Of a stretch of 64,000 bases of DNA, positions 19,025 to 28,200 are shown one piece after another. This DNA comes from Archangium gephyra. Its GTDB lineage: Bacteria; Myxococcota; Myxococcia; Myxococcales; Myxococcaceae. The position numbers and the translations under genes were made by a program. The notes under the pieces were generated by a model. The model was not told the DNA's origin. It did no database searches and saw nothing but the letters and a program-made list of their open reading frames with translations. The DNA is taken from positions 4,399-68,398 of the forward strand of contig CALRPN020000058.1 in assembly GCA_943370055.1 (NCBI GenBank), read 5' to 3'. Each line of letters begins with the position of its first letter. Positions within the stretch are counted from its first letter, which is position 1.

Positions 19025-20505
19025 ACCGCCTGCTCCCGCTCGTGTTGATGCTGGGCTGTGCCACGACGCCGATTGCCGTCGAACCCGTGATCACGCGGCC
19101 GAACCCGGGCCTCGAGGCTGCTCCGCAGAAACGCGTCCTCGCCGAACTCCCAGCGGCCCTCGACGTCGATCCGCGATCCCTCACCGTCGCTCCCCTGGAC
19201 GTGAAGGTGACGCGGCCCGAGCGCTACGAGCTGCCGAACGGACTCGTCGTCTACCTGATGGAGGATCACACCTCGCCGCTCGTGCTGGTGCGCACGTTGA
19301 TTCCTGTGGGCGCAGTGGATGAGCCAGCCGATCGCCTGGGCGTGTCGGGCATCGCGGCCGAGCTCGTCACCGCAGGCGGAGCCGGGAGCAGAACGCCAGA
19401 GCAGCTCGACGAACTGCTCGAGTTTCACGCGGCCGATCTCGGTGGCGGCGCGGCCGACGAGTATTCCCAGGTCAGTCTCTCGGTGCGCAGTCAGGATCTC
19501 GCAGCGCTCTTCCCTGTGTTCGCCGACGTGTTGCAGCGGCCGCGCCTGGACGCGGCGCGCTTCGAGGTGACGAAGTCGCGGGTGCTCGAGTCGATCAAGC
19601 GCCGCAACGATCGGCCAGACGGTCTCGCCGCACGGGCGTTGAGCAAGGCGCTCTACGGCACCGACACGTTGCTCGGTCGCGAGTCGTCCGAGGCGAGCGT
19701 CAAGGCGATCACCGTCGACGACGTGAAGAAGTTCCACGCGAAGTGGACGCCGAAGACGGCCCGGCTCGTGATCACCGGTGACTTCGATCGCGCTGCCGTG
19801 AAGACGCTCGTCGAGCGATCCTTCGGGGCCTGGAAGGGTGGTTCTCCACCTCCACGCAACTTCCCCACGGCTGGTCCTCCCGCGCGCCGGGTGATTCTGA
19901 TTCCTCGCGCCGTCGCTCAGGTGAAGGTGCGCATCGGTGGAGCAGGGTGGACGCGTCGGTCTCCCGACGAGTACCCGATGCGCCTGGTGAACACCGCGCT
20001 CGGCAGCTTCGGGGTCGGCCGGCTGTACCGCGAGATTCGTGACGAGCGGGGCCTCGCCTACTCGGCGTCGTCGAGCGTTGGCGGCGGGCCCACGTTCGGC
20101 CAGTTCACGGCAAGCTTCGACACGCGGCCGCAGCAGGCGGTGCAGGCCCTCGAGGTCGCGCTCGACGTGCTCACGAAGACGGGCAGCGCCGATTCACTGA
20201 CGAAGGCCGAGCTCGCGACCGCGACCGACATGGCGCTCAACACCTTCGCCTTCCGCTTCGACTCTGCTTCGCGAATCGCCTGGGAGCGGGCCCTCAGCGA
20301 GTTCTTCGGCTACGACGACGACTATCTCGACCGCTATCGCGATCGCATCGCTCAGGTGACAGCAGCCCAGGTGAACGCCGCCACCGCGAAGCTCACGAGG
20401 CAGGACGCGCTGCAGATCGTCATCGTCGGCCCGAAGGACGTGCTGGGCGATCTCTCTCGTTTCGGCCCCGTCACCGTCATCGAAGATGTCGACGCATTCC
20501 GCTGA
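19021..20505 (+). CDS. M16 family peptidase, non-catalytic partner subunit
   Basis: ATGA overlap with the preceding M16 gene. It has the M16 fold pattern but no HxxEH motif, and a lipoprotein-like N-terminus (LVLMLGC). Confidence 0.85.
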   Translation: MNRLLPLVLMLGCATTPIAVEPVITRPNPGLEAAPQKRVLAELPAALDVDPRSLTVAPLDVKVTRPERYELPNGLVVYLMEDHTSPLVLVRTLIPVGAVDEPADRLGVSGIAAELVTAGGAGSRTPEQLDELLEFHAADLGGGAADEYSQVSLSVRSQDLAALFPVFADVLQRPRLDAARFEVTKSRVLESIKRRNDRPDGLAARALSKALYGTDTLLGRESSEASVKAITVDDVKKFHAKWTPKTARLVITGDFDRAAVKTLVERSFGAWKGGSPPPRNFPTAGPPARRVILIPRAVAQVKVRIGGAGWTRRSPDEYPMRLVNTALGSFGVGRLYREIRDERGLAYSASSSVGGGPTFGQFTASFDTRPQQAVQALEVALDVLTKTGSADSLTKAELATATDMALNTFAFRFDSASRIAWERALSEFFGYDDDYLDRYRDRIAQVTAAQVNAATAKLTRQDALQIVIVGPKDVLGDLSRFGPVTVIEDVDAFR

Positions 20506-20573
20506 TCAGCAAAGAGCCACGTGATCAGCGCGATCAGCAGCAACGCAAGTTCTCCGTCATTCCGACGACTTTT

Positions 20574-20601
20574 TTGACGGCGCTGATCAGGTCCGTACGC
20601 T
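20574..20601 (+). promoter_or_regulatory. candidate sigma70-type promoter for the PilZ gene
   Basis: TTGACG-N16-TACGCT is preceded by a T6 run, which is rare in this sequence. The spacer contains one of the clustered TGATCA palindromes. Confidence 0.3.
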
Positions 20602-20653
20602 TCGCAACAGCTCGCTGCAGCAGTGCAGCAGCTGCCACCACAACGGAGCGTGC

Positions 20654-20983
20654 ATGAGCAACAACAAGCGGAAGAACAGCCGGGTCGCCCTCGACATTTA
20701 TCTGAACAAGTACGTCGCTGGCGTTCCGTACATGGCGCGCACGTCTGACATCTCGCGCGAAGGTGTGGGCCTGTCGCACCTCATCGAGCCGCAGATGGCG
20801 GGCAAGCGCGTCGGTCTTCAGTTCCAGCTGCCGGGCTCCGAAGAAGTCATCTATGCGGAAGGTGAGGTCGTTCGGGAGTGGGCCGACCTCGATCACGAAG
20901 AGGAAGGCTCGGGCGTTCGATTCACGTTGCTCACTGAACGCCACCGCCGCCTCATCGATCAGTTCGTTTCGCGCGCGAGCTGA
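20654..20983 (+). CDS. stand-alone PilZ-domain protein (c-di-GMP receptor type)
   Basis: 109 aa with RKNSR (RxxxR) followed by DISREGVG (D/NxSxxG), the bipartite PilZ binding motif. Confidence 0.8.
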   Translation: MSNNKRKNSRVALDIYLNKYVAGVPYMARTSDISREGVGLSHLIEPQMAGKRVGLQFQLPGSEEVIYAEGEVVREWADLDHEEEGSGVRFTLLTERHRRLIDQFVSRAS

Positions 20984-21014
20984 ACCCACCCACCCTTCCG
21001 GTGTCTTCGTTCCC

Positions 21015-21044
21015 TTGAAGGTCTCTGGCTTCCGTCCGTAGAGT
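21015..21044 (+). promoter_or_regulatory. candidate promoter for the LPP20/FlgT-like operon
   Basis: TTGAAG-N18-TAGAGT lies in the 105-nt gap before GTG 21089. Confidence 0.25.
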
Positions 21045-21088
21045 ACGGCGAACCGTTCAGAGCCTGTTGGACCTATCAAGGGGGCCCC

Positions 21089-21970
21089 GTGAAGCGTTTG
21101 GTGTTGGCAGTGGCGTTGGCCGTGTCGATGTATGCGGTCGCGCAGGGTGCAGCAAAGGACTCGAAAGAAGCCCAGCGCCCACCGCAGGGAATGAACTGGG
21201 AGGGTCAGGTCATTCGTGCGACCGGCGCGGGTGCTCCCGACATGAAGGCCTCGAGCCCGGCACAGGCGCGACTTGGCGCTGAGCGTGCTGCGTTGCTCGA
21301 CGCCTTCCGAAACCTGCTCTCGCAGGTGAAGGGCGTTCAAGTCGACGGCACCCGGAAGATGGATGACGTCATGCAGTCCAATGAGGTTCGCGCCCGCGTC
21401 GAGGGCCTCATCAAGGGCTACAAGGTCGTCAACAAGCGCTACTTCTCGGACAACGGCGTCGAGATCGACGTCGAAGTGCCGGTCTCGATGTTGACCGACA
21501 TTCTCGACCCCGACGCGACGCAGATGTTCGCGGTTCCGGCGAGCAAGACCGAGCCCGTGAAGACCGCTGAGAAGCCCGCCGAGAAGCCGGCCGAAAAGCC
21601 CGCTGAGAAGGGCACCGAGCCCGTCGTCGCGAAGGTCGAGGACGGCGCCGGCACGGGTCTGGTGATCGACGCCCGCGGTCTGAAGCTCATGCCCGCGCTC
21701 ATGCCCCGCGTGCTCGACGAGGCAGGGAAGCCGCTCTACACGGTCGACTCCCTCTCGGCCGAAGCGCGCAAGACGACCGGCGTCGCCGCCTACGTTCAGT
21801 CGCTCGACGAGGCCCGCAAGAGCATGAAGGCCGGCGACAAGCCGATGGTGGTGAAGGCCGCCAAGGCCAACGGCACCGACGTGCTCCTGCCTCAGGACGA
21901 AGCGAAGAAGCTGGTCTCCATGAATCCCCCGTTCCTTGCCCAGGGCAAGGTCGTCATCGTCTTCAACTAA
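21089..21970 (+). CDS. secreted LPP20/FlgP-like protein with AEKP repeat linker and C-terminal domain
   Basis: Signal peptide MKRLVLAVALAVSMYAVAQG. LPP20 pattern VIRATGAGAP...PAQARLGAERAALLDAFRNLL...RVEGLIKGYKV. A linker repeat (AEKP)x4 precedes a second domain, GLVIDARGLKLMPALMPRVLDE... Confidence 0.7.
   Translation: MKRLVLAVALAVSMYAVAQGAAKDSKEAQRPPQGMNWEGQVIRATGAGAPDMKASSPAQARLGAERAALLDAFRNLLSQVKGVQVDGTRKMDDVMQSNEVRARVEGLIKGYKVVNKRYFSDNGVEIDVEVPVSMLTDILDPDATQMFAVPASKTEPVKTAEKPAEKPAEKPAEKGTEPVVAKVEDGAGTGLVIDARGLKLMPALMPRVLDEAGKPLYTVDSLSAEARKTTGVAAYVQSLDEARKSMKAGDKPMVVKAAKANGTDVLLPQDEAKKLVSMNPPFLAQGKVVIVFN
21566..21610 (+). repeat. in-frame 12-nt tandem repeat (AEKP x4)
   Basis: gctgagaagccc / gccgagaagccg / gccgaaaagccc / gctgagaag read directly in the sequence. 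Confidence 0.8.
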
Positions 21971-21984
21971 GGAACTGCGCCACC

Positions 21985-23208
21985 ATGCGAACGCTCATTG
22001 TCCTCACCGCGCTCGGCAGCGCACTGGCCTTTGCACAGCCCCAGGCGGCACCAGCCGTCACGACGGTGGAAGCCACCGGAGAGTCGGCCGTCTTCCCCGG
22101 CCCCGAGCGCGAGAAGCTGGTCGCCAAGGCGATCGAGAAGGCCCAGAAAGAAGCACTCCGCTCAGCCGTCGAGAAGGCGTCTGGCGTGTACATTCAGTCC
22201 GACACGCAGACCCGCAACAACTCGCTCGTCCTCGACCGCATCGTCACCAACGCCTCGGGCTACGTGAAGAGCTTCGACGTGGTGAGCAAGGTCGTCGAGA
22301 AGGACGTCGCCAAGGTCACGATCAAGGCCCAGATCGCGACCGACACGCTCGAGAAGGACGTCAAGGCAGCGCGCTCCATCGTCAGCCGGCTCTTCGGGTC
22401 CAAGCTGCTCATCGTGTTGCAGGAGCAGCTGGTCGATGAGAAAGGCGTCGTGTCCCGCTCCGAGTTTCTTCCCGTTGCGCTCACCGGTCGCTTCAAGGAC
22501 TCGGGCTTCTCGATCATCGACGAGAAGGGCACTGGCAGCTCAGACCTCGGCCTCGTGCTCTCGAGCGGCGTCGGCCAGGGCAAGCTCGACGCGAAGGAGA
22601 TCCTCAAGCGCAGCGACGCCGACTTCATCATCTACGGCAGCGCGAACGTTCGCTACGTGCCGCCCGATCCGAGGTCTCCCGGCATTCCTGAGATTGATCC
22701 CGTCACCGGCAAGCAGATGACGTTCTTCGTGACCGGCGACTACGACCTCTCGATGTTCGCCACCCGAACGGGCCAGCAGCTCTCGAAGCAGGCCGGCCGT
22801 CTGAACGTGCAATACGGCAACGCCAAGAGCGCCATCCTCGTCTCGTACCAGCGCTCCGCGTCCTTCGCGGTCGAAGGCAGCTCGAAGGAGATCGTCTCGT
22901 CGTTCTTCGCATCGGTCTTCGAATACCTGCGCGACCAGGACGTGAACGGGGCGAAGCTCACCGTGCGCGTCTCGGGCATTCCAGCGTTCGACGAGGTGGA
23001 GGATGTCGAGAAGGCGCTCGGCGTCGTCGAGGGCGTCAAGGACGTGAAGGCGGGCGAGTTCGCCGACGGCCGCGCCGACTTTGGCGTTCAGTTCCTCGGA
23101 AACTCGAGCGACTTCGGCAAGGCGCTGAAGGGCGCGAACATCAAGAAGCGCAAGCTCGTGGTGACTGCGGTTCGAAACAACGTGGTCGAGGTCAACCTCG
23201 TCAAGTGA
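21985..23208 (+). CDS. secreted FlgT-like multi-domain protein (LPP20-like N-domain + alpha/beta middle domain + C-domain)
   Basis: Signal peptide MRTLIVLTALGSALAFA. N-domain: ATGESAV...AKAIEKAQKEALRSAVEKASGVYIQS...YVKSFDVV. The middle part (KLLIVLQE...FSIIDEK...ADFIIYGSANV...FATRTGQQL) resembles the FlgT-M / CsgG-LpoB-type fold. Confidence 0.55.
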   Translation: MRTLIVLTALGSALAFAQPQAAPAVTTVEATGESAVFPGPEREKLVAKAIEKAQKEALRSAVEKASGVYIQSDTQTRNNSLVLDRIVTNASGYVKSFDVVSKVVEKDVAKVTIKAQIATDTLEKDVKAARSIVSRLFGSKLLIVLQEQLVDEKGVVSRSEFLPVALTGRFKDSGFSIIDEKGTGSSDLGLVLSSGVGQGKLDAKEILKRSDADFIIYGSANVRYVPPDPRSPGIPEIDPVTGKQMTFFVTGDYDLSMFATRTGQQLSKQAGRLNVQYGNAKSAILVSYQRSASFAVEGSSKEIVSSFFASVFEYLRDQDVNGAKLTVRVSGIPAFDEVEDVEKALGVVEGVKDVKAGEFADGRADFGVQFLGNSSDFGKALKGANIKKRKLVVTAVRNNVVEVNLVK

Positions 23209-23552
23209 GGTGGGCCGTGCTGGCGTTCGCGGGCTGTGCGTCGTCACAGCCCGCTTTGCCAAACCTGCCGAGGGTCACCGAAACGCAGCTGCGCACGGCG
23301 TATCGGGTGTCGGGAGCTGGCGAGCTGGTGCTGCGTTGCGCTCCCTCCGATGCTGAGGTGGCGCTCGACGGCGTCTCGCAAGGGCTCTGCAGCGATTTCA
23401 ACGGCGAGCCTCACGCGCTCAAGGTGGGTACGAGCGCACGCCGCGTCGAAGTGAAGAAGTCCGGGTTTCACACGTGGGAAAGCTGGCTGGCCGCAGATCA
23501 GACCCGAGTGGTGATGACGGTCACCTTGCTGCCGAGCGGAGGAAGTCCATGA
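23205..23552 (+). CDS. PEGA-domain lipoprotein
   Basis: GTG start overlaps the previous stop (GTGA). Lipobox FAGC. PEGA-like LVLRCAPSDAEVALDGVSQG...VEVKKSGFHTWESWL. Confidence 0.65.
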   Translation: MRWAVLAFAGCASSQPALPNLPRVTETQLRTAYRVSGAGELVLRCAPSDAEVALDGVSQGLCSDFNGEPHALKVGTSARRVEVKKSGFHTWESWLAADQTRVVMTVTLLPSGGSP

Positions 23553-24277
23553 AGCGCCTGTTCGCCGTTGCAGTGACGCTGGCCTCGATGGCCGCGTTCG
23601 CCGAAGTGGGGAAGGTCGCGCTCGTCGAGGGCAAAGCGACGCGCACGCCAAAAGGCGGAGCGGCGGTCGAGCTCGCAAAGGACTCTGCGATCGAGCTGGG
23701 TGACACCATCGACGTGCAGAGCGGCAACCTGAAGCTGCTGCTGACCGACGAGAGCATCATCATGCTGGCCCCCGCCTCGAAGCTCGAGATCACCGAGGCC
23801 GAGTTCCAGGGCCAGGAGCGCAAGGGCTTCAAGGCCTTCCTCCAGTCGGGCAGCCTGTGGACGAAGGTGAAGAAGGCGCTCGGCGGTGGCGGCTACGAGG
23901 TGTCGACCGAGCGCGCCGTCGCCGGTGTTCGCGGCACGATCTTCCGCATCGACGCCGACAAGATGGTCACGGCGGCGAAGCCTCCCAAGGCGCGCAAGGC
24001 CTCGATCGTTCGCATCGTCGAGGGCGTCGTGAACATCAAGCCGTCGGCCGAGGTCGCCAAGGCGTCGACGGGCGCAGCACCTCCGCCGAAGAAGAAGGGC
24101 GAGCGGGTGCAGGTGGCTGGCCCGAGCGAGATCACCGCGGACGAGTGGGAGAAGAAGTTCGTCGACCTGCAGCAGAACCAGCAGATCGCGGTGGGCGTCG
24201 ACCTGTGGGACGTGGCGCAGTTCGAAGAGGCAGCCAAGCGCGATGCGTTCGCGAAGTGGATCGAGAAGAACCAGTAA
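23549..24277 (+). CDS. secreted FecR-domain protein
   Basis: ATGA overlap with the previous gene, with GGAGGA 6 nt upstream. Signal peptide MKRLFAVAVTLASMAAFA. FecR pattern GKVALVEGKA...LGDTIDVQSGNLKLLLTDESIIMLAPASKLEI...AVAGVRGTIFRI. Confidence 0.7.
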   Translation: MKRLFAVAVTLASMAAFAEVGKVALVEGKATRTPKGGAAVELAKDSAIELGDTIDVQSGNLKLLLTDESIIMLAPASKLEITEAEFQGQERKGFKAFLQSGSLWTKVKKALGGGGYEVSTERAVAGVRGTIFRIDADKMVTAAKPPKARKASIVRIVEGVVNIKPSAEVAKASTGAAPPPKKKGERVQVAGPSEITADEWEKKFVDLQQNQQIAVGVDLWDVAQFEEAAKRDAFAKWIEKNQ

Positions 24278-25076
24278 CGTCGCCCTCGTGGTGGTGATGC
24301 TCGGAGGCCTGTCGGCCTTCGGCCAGAACCAGCGCCCCCTTCCTTCCGAGAGCCCTGACGTCATCGTCGGGCGCTCGGTTCGGGTTCACGTCGTCGCCAG
24401 CGAAGACCTCGAGCCAGACGTGCTTCGAGCCCTCGCGCGCCCGCAGGTCGTGCTGTGGCTGACGACTCGTTCCAACACCCTGCGTGAGTCGACGCTCGAC
24501 ACGCTCAACCGCTTCGAGTCGAGCTTCGTTGAGCTGCGGCCTCCCGTGGCGGCGGTCGACGGAAACGCCCTCAAGAAGAGTCCGCGTGCTGGGCTCTGGC
24601 TGAAGCTCGACACAGCCTCGTCGCTCGCGACCGTGCGTGGTTCGCGCCCGCTTGCGCTCGAAGTGACGGGCAGCCTCGACGAGGTGAAGCAGGGCTGGGT
24701 GCTCGCCCAGCGGCCGACGTTCCTCCGCTGGGCGCCCGGTGAGTCGATCGATTTGCTCGAGTGGAGCCGCTTCAAGACGCTCCCGGGGCGCAAGACCGTC
24801 GTGCTCTCGCCTGGCCTGCTCCTTCCCCGCGACTGCGCCACGCGAGACCCCGCTGAACCTTCTGCGGAGTTGCACGTGGCGACGCTGCTGGCGGTGAGCG
24901 CTGGGGTGTTTCCCTGCGGCGCGGGCACGAGGGTCGAGGTGCCTCCCGAGGTCGAGCCGTGGTTGCTCAAGTCGTTGATCGTGCGGGACCCCTCGGTCGA
25001 GCTGGTCGTTCGGGTCGGAGACGACGTGCGCAAGGTCGGGCGCGCGCGGGCGCTGCTCGAGCTGCTGGGGCGTTAG
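24243..25076 (+). CDS. secreted protein, unknown function
   Basis: 277 aa. ATG 24243 gives a classic signal peptide MRSRSGSRRTSNVALVVVMLGGLSAFG. Overlaps the FecR gene by 35 nt. No motif recognised. Confidence 0.55.
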   Translation: MRSRSGSRRTSNVALVVVMLGGLSAFGQNQRPLPSESPDVIVGRSVRVHVVASEDLEPDVLRALARPQVVLWLTTRSNTLRESTLDTLNRFESSFVELRPPVAAVDGNALKKSPRAGLWLKLDTASSLATVRGSRPLALEVTGSLDEVKQGWVLAQRPTFLRWAPGESIDLLEWSRFKTLPGRKTVVLSPGLLLPRDCATRDPAEPSAELHVATLLAVSAGVFPCGAGTRVEVPPEVEPWLLKSLIVRDPSVELVVRVGDDVRKVGRARALLELLGR

Positions 25077-25087
25077 GCTGCGCACTC

Positions 25088-25134
25088 GCGCGGATTGCTT
25101 GACCTTCCGCTCGCTGAGCGGCGACAATCCGCGC
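25088..25134 (+). promoter_or_regulatory. nested inverted repeats in the gap before gltD
   Basis: Perfect 10-bp arms GCGCGGATTG / CAATCCGCGC (25088-25097, 25125-25134) enclose an inner hairpin CCGCTC-GCT-GAGCGG (25107-25121). Confidence 0.4.
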
Positions 25135-25154
25135 CTCTCAAAGGGTTGAAGGAG

Positions 25155-25175
25155 ACGAGGCGCCTTTCGCCTCGT
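25155..25175 (+). terminator. hairpin, weak terminator-like
   Basis: ACGAGGCG-CCTTT-CGCCTCGT (8-bp stem) is followed by TCGT only. The U-tract is poor, so it may be a 5'-UTR structure rather than a terminator. Confidence 0.3.
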
Positions 25176-25227
25176 TCGTAGCGCCACGATGCTTTTGCGT
25201 ACCCGCCCTTCTTTCGGGAACAGCCCC

Positions 25228-28200
25228 ATGCGTTCATTGATTCCGAGTCTCGTCCTCGTGTCGTCGTTCGCGCTCGCGCAGACGCCAGCCGCAACGAAGA
25301 AGGAGGCCGTCGACACAGAGCTGAAGAAGAAAGAGACGTCGATCGCCCCAGACAAGTCGCTGGCCGGCGACATCACGCGCAAGAAGAAGAAAGAAGAAGA
25401 CGCGCCGACGCTCTCGTACGACACGTTCCGGCTCGACGTCGAACTGCAGGTCGCCAGCAAGCGCCGAGATCAGATCGGCGATCTCACCAAGATCATCGAG
25501 CTGTCGAACGACAAGAAAGAGAAACCGGCGCTGCTGTTCCGCCTGGGCGAGCTCTATTGGGAAGAGTCGAAGTACTTCTTCTTCGAGGCGAACCGGAAAG
25601 ACGACGACAAGATCAAGGCGATGAACTCGAAGGACGAGGCGGGCATTCAGCGCGCCGAGGCCGAGAAGGCCGAGCTCATGGCGAAGTCGAAGGAGTTCGC
25701 CGACCAGGCCGTCGAGAAGTACTACCAGATCGTCCAGGAGTACAAAGAGTACGAGCGCACCGACGAGGTCCTCTACTTCCTCGGCCTCAACCTGATGGAT
25801 TCTTCCGACGAGAAGAACCAGAAGAAGGCGCTCGCTTCGTACAAACGACTCATCGAGAAATACCAGAAGTCGAAGTACCTGCCTGACGCCTACCTTGCCG
25901 TCGCCGAGTTCTATTTCAACGGCTCGAAGGGCAAGCGCGATCAGCTCGAGAAGGCGCTCGAGAATTACAAGAATGCCGCGAAGTACCCCGACAACCAGGT
26001 GTACGGCTATGCGCTGTACAAGCAGGGGTGGTGCCACTTCAACATGGCCGACTACGAGAAGGCCATGGACCAGTTCAAGACGGTGGTCCTGTACGCGAAG
26101 ATGCAGGGCGCCGAAGAAGTCGAAGGCAAAGGCAAGTCACGGCGTCAGGGCCTGGTGAAGGAAGCGCGCGGTGACTACGTGCGCGCGTTCTCTCGTGGGG
26201 GTGGTGCGCCGAGCGACGCCAAGGAGCGCTTCGGCAAGCTCGCCGACAAGGCTGAAGACCTGCGCCTGATGATGAAGCAGCTCGCGAACCTCTATTACGA
26301 AGACGGCAAGGATCGCGAAGCGGCCGTCACCTTCGACTCGCTCATCAAGGAGCGCCCGACCGCGCCCGACGCGCCCGGCTTCCAGGGCAAGATCGTCGAC
26401 TGCGTCATGCGCGCCGGCAACAAGCGCCAGACCGTCACGCAGGTTCGCCGCCTCGTGAAGATCATGGACGACGTGTTGAAGGGCAACACGAAGATGGACG
26501 ACAAGGACAAGAAGGCGCTCGACGAAGCGCGCGAACTGTCCGAGCGCACCATCTCGAACCTCGCGGTCAACTGGCACAACGAGGCGAAGAAGACCCGCGA
26601 CGACGAGACCTTCGGCTTCGCGAACGAGGTGTACGCCGACTACCTCACGCTCTTTCCCGAGAGCCCCAAGGCCTACGACCTGCGCTTCTTCTGGGCAGAA
26701 TTGCTCAACGACAACCTCAGCAAATACAAGCGCGCGGCAGAAGAATACACGCGCGTGATGATGACGGACGTCGGTCGAGTGGAAAAGAAGGGCGACGATG
26801 GCGCTCCGGGCAAAGCCGGCAAGTGGATGAACAACGCCGCGTACAACTCGATCCTCGCGTGGGACTCGGTGGTGAAGGAAGAAGCCACCGCCGACGCTGG
26901 AAAGGCGCCATCGGGTGGCGGAGACCCCTCGAAGAAGGCGGCCATTCCACTCACCAAGCAGGCGCTGCTCGAGGCGTGCGAGCGGTACCTCAAGTACGTG
27001 GAGAAGGGCGATAAGAAGGTCGAGATCGCCTACAAGGCCGCGAAGATCTACTACGACTACAACTACCTCGACGAAGCCGTCGGCCGCTTCGCAGACATCG
27101 CGCTCAAGTACCCCGACTACAAGTTCGAGAACGGCGACCGCGCGGGCGAGATCGCGGCCAACCTGGTGCTCGACTCGTACAACATCCTCCAGGACTGGGC
27201 GAAGGTGAACGAGTGGTCGAAGAAGTTCTACGCCGAAGAGAAGCTCGCGATCGGCAAGTTCCGTGAAGACCTCGCGAAGCTGATCGAGCAGTCGTCGTTC
27301 AAGCTCATCAATCAGCTCGAGGCGAAGAACGAGTACGGGAAGGCCGCCGAAGCGTACATGACCTTCGTGCAGGACTGGCCGAAGAGCGATCTCGCCGACA
27401 AAGCCCTGTACAACGCGTCGATCGACTTCTTCAACGCGAAGATGCTCGACCGCGCCATCGAGGTGCGAAAGCAGCTCATTCAGAGATACCCGAAGTCGCA
27501 GTACGTGCCGAAGACGCTGTACGCACTCGCAGAGGGCTACGAGGCCATCGCCGACTTCGACGACGCGGCTGATCACTACGAGCGATACACCGCCAACTAC
27601 GAGAAGAGCAAAGGCCCCGCTGGCAAGCGGCCCGCGATGAAGTCGAAGAAGGACGCTCCGACGCAGGCTGAGCAGGTGTGGGAAGAGCAGAAGGCCCAGG
27701 ACGCGCTGTACAATGCTGGGGTCTTCCGTGACGGCCTTGGCCAGTACAAGCAGGCGCTCAAGAACCGCGAGAAGTACCTCGAGCTGTGGCCCAAGTCGAA
27801 AGACGCCGAGGCCGTGACCAAGTCGATCATCGACCTGCACGAGAAGATGGCGCTCTGGACGAAGGCCCAGAAGCTCTACGAAGAGTACGAGAAGGACCAG
27901 ATCAAGGACCCGAGCAAGCTGCTCTGGGCCGAGGGGCGCATCGCGTCGATCTACGAAGAGAAGCTCAAGAACAACACCGGCGCGCGGAAGATCTTCATTC
28001 GCATCCTCGACTACCACGAGAAGCTCAACAAGAAGCAGAAGGAGGCCCTCGACATTCAGGCCCTCGACGCCGTCGCCCGCGCCTCGTTCGTGATGAACGA
28101 AGACGACTACAAGCGTTACTCGAACCTCAAGCTGCGCTGGTCGGCAATTCAGAACATCGGTGAGCTCAAAGGCTCCATCGCCACGAAGGCCAAGGCGCTC

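Noticed and set aside
20534-21340. 268-aa minus-strand ORF spanning the PilZ gene and the start of the LPP20-like gene
   Set aside because: It is antisense to two genes with clear motifs (PilZ RxxxR/DxSxxG, LPP20) and crosses their intergenic promoter region.
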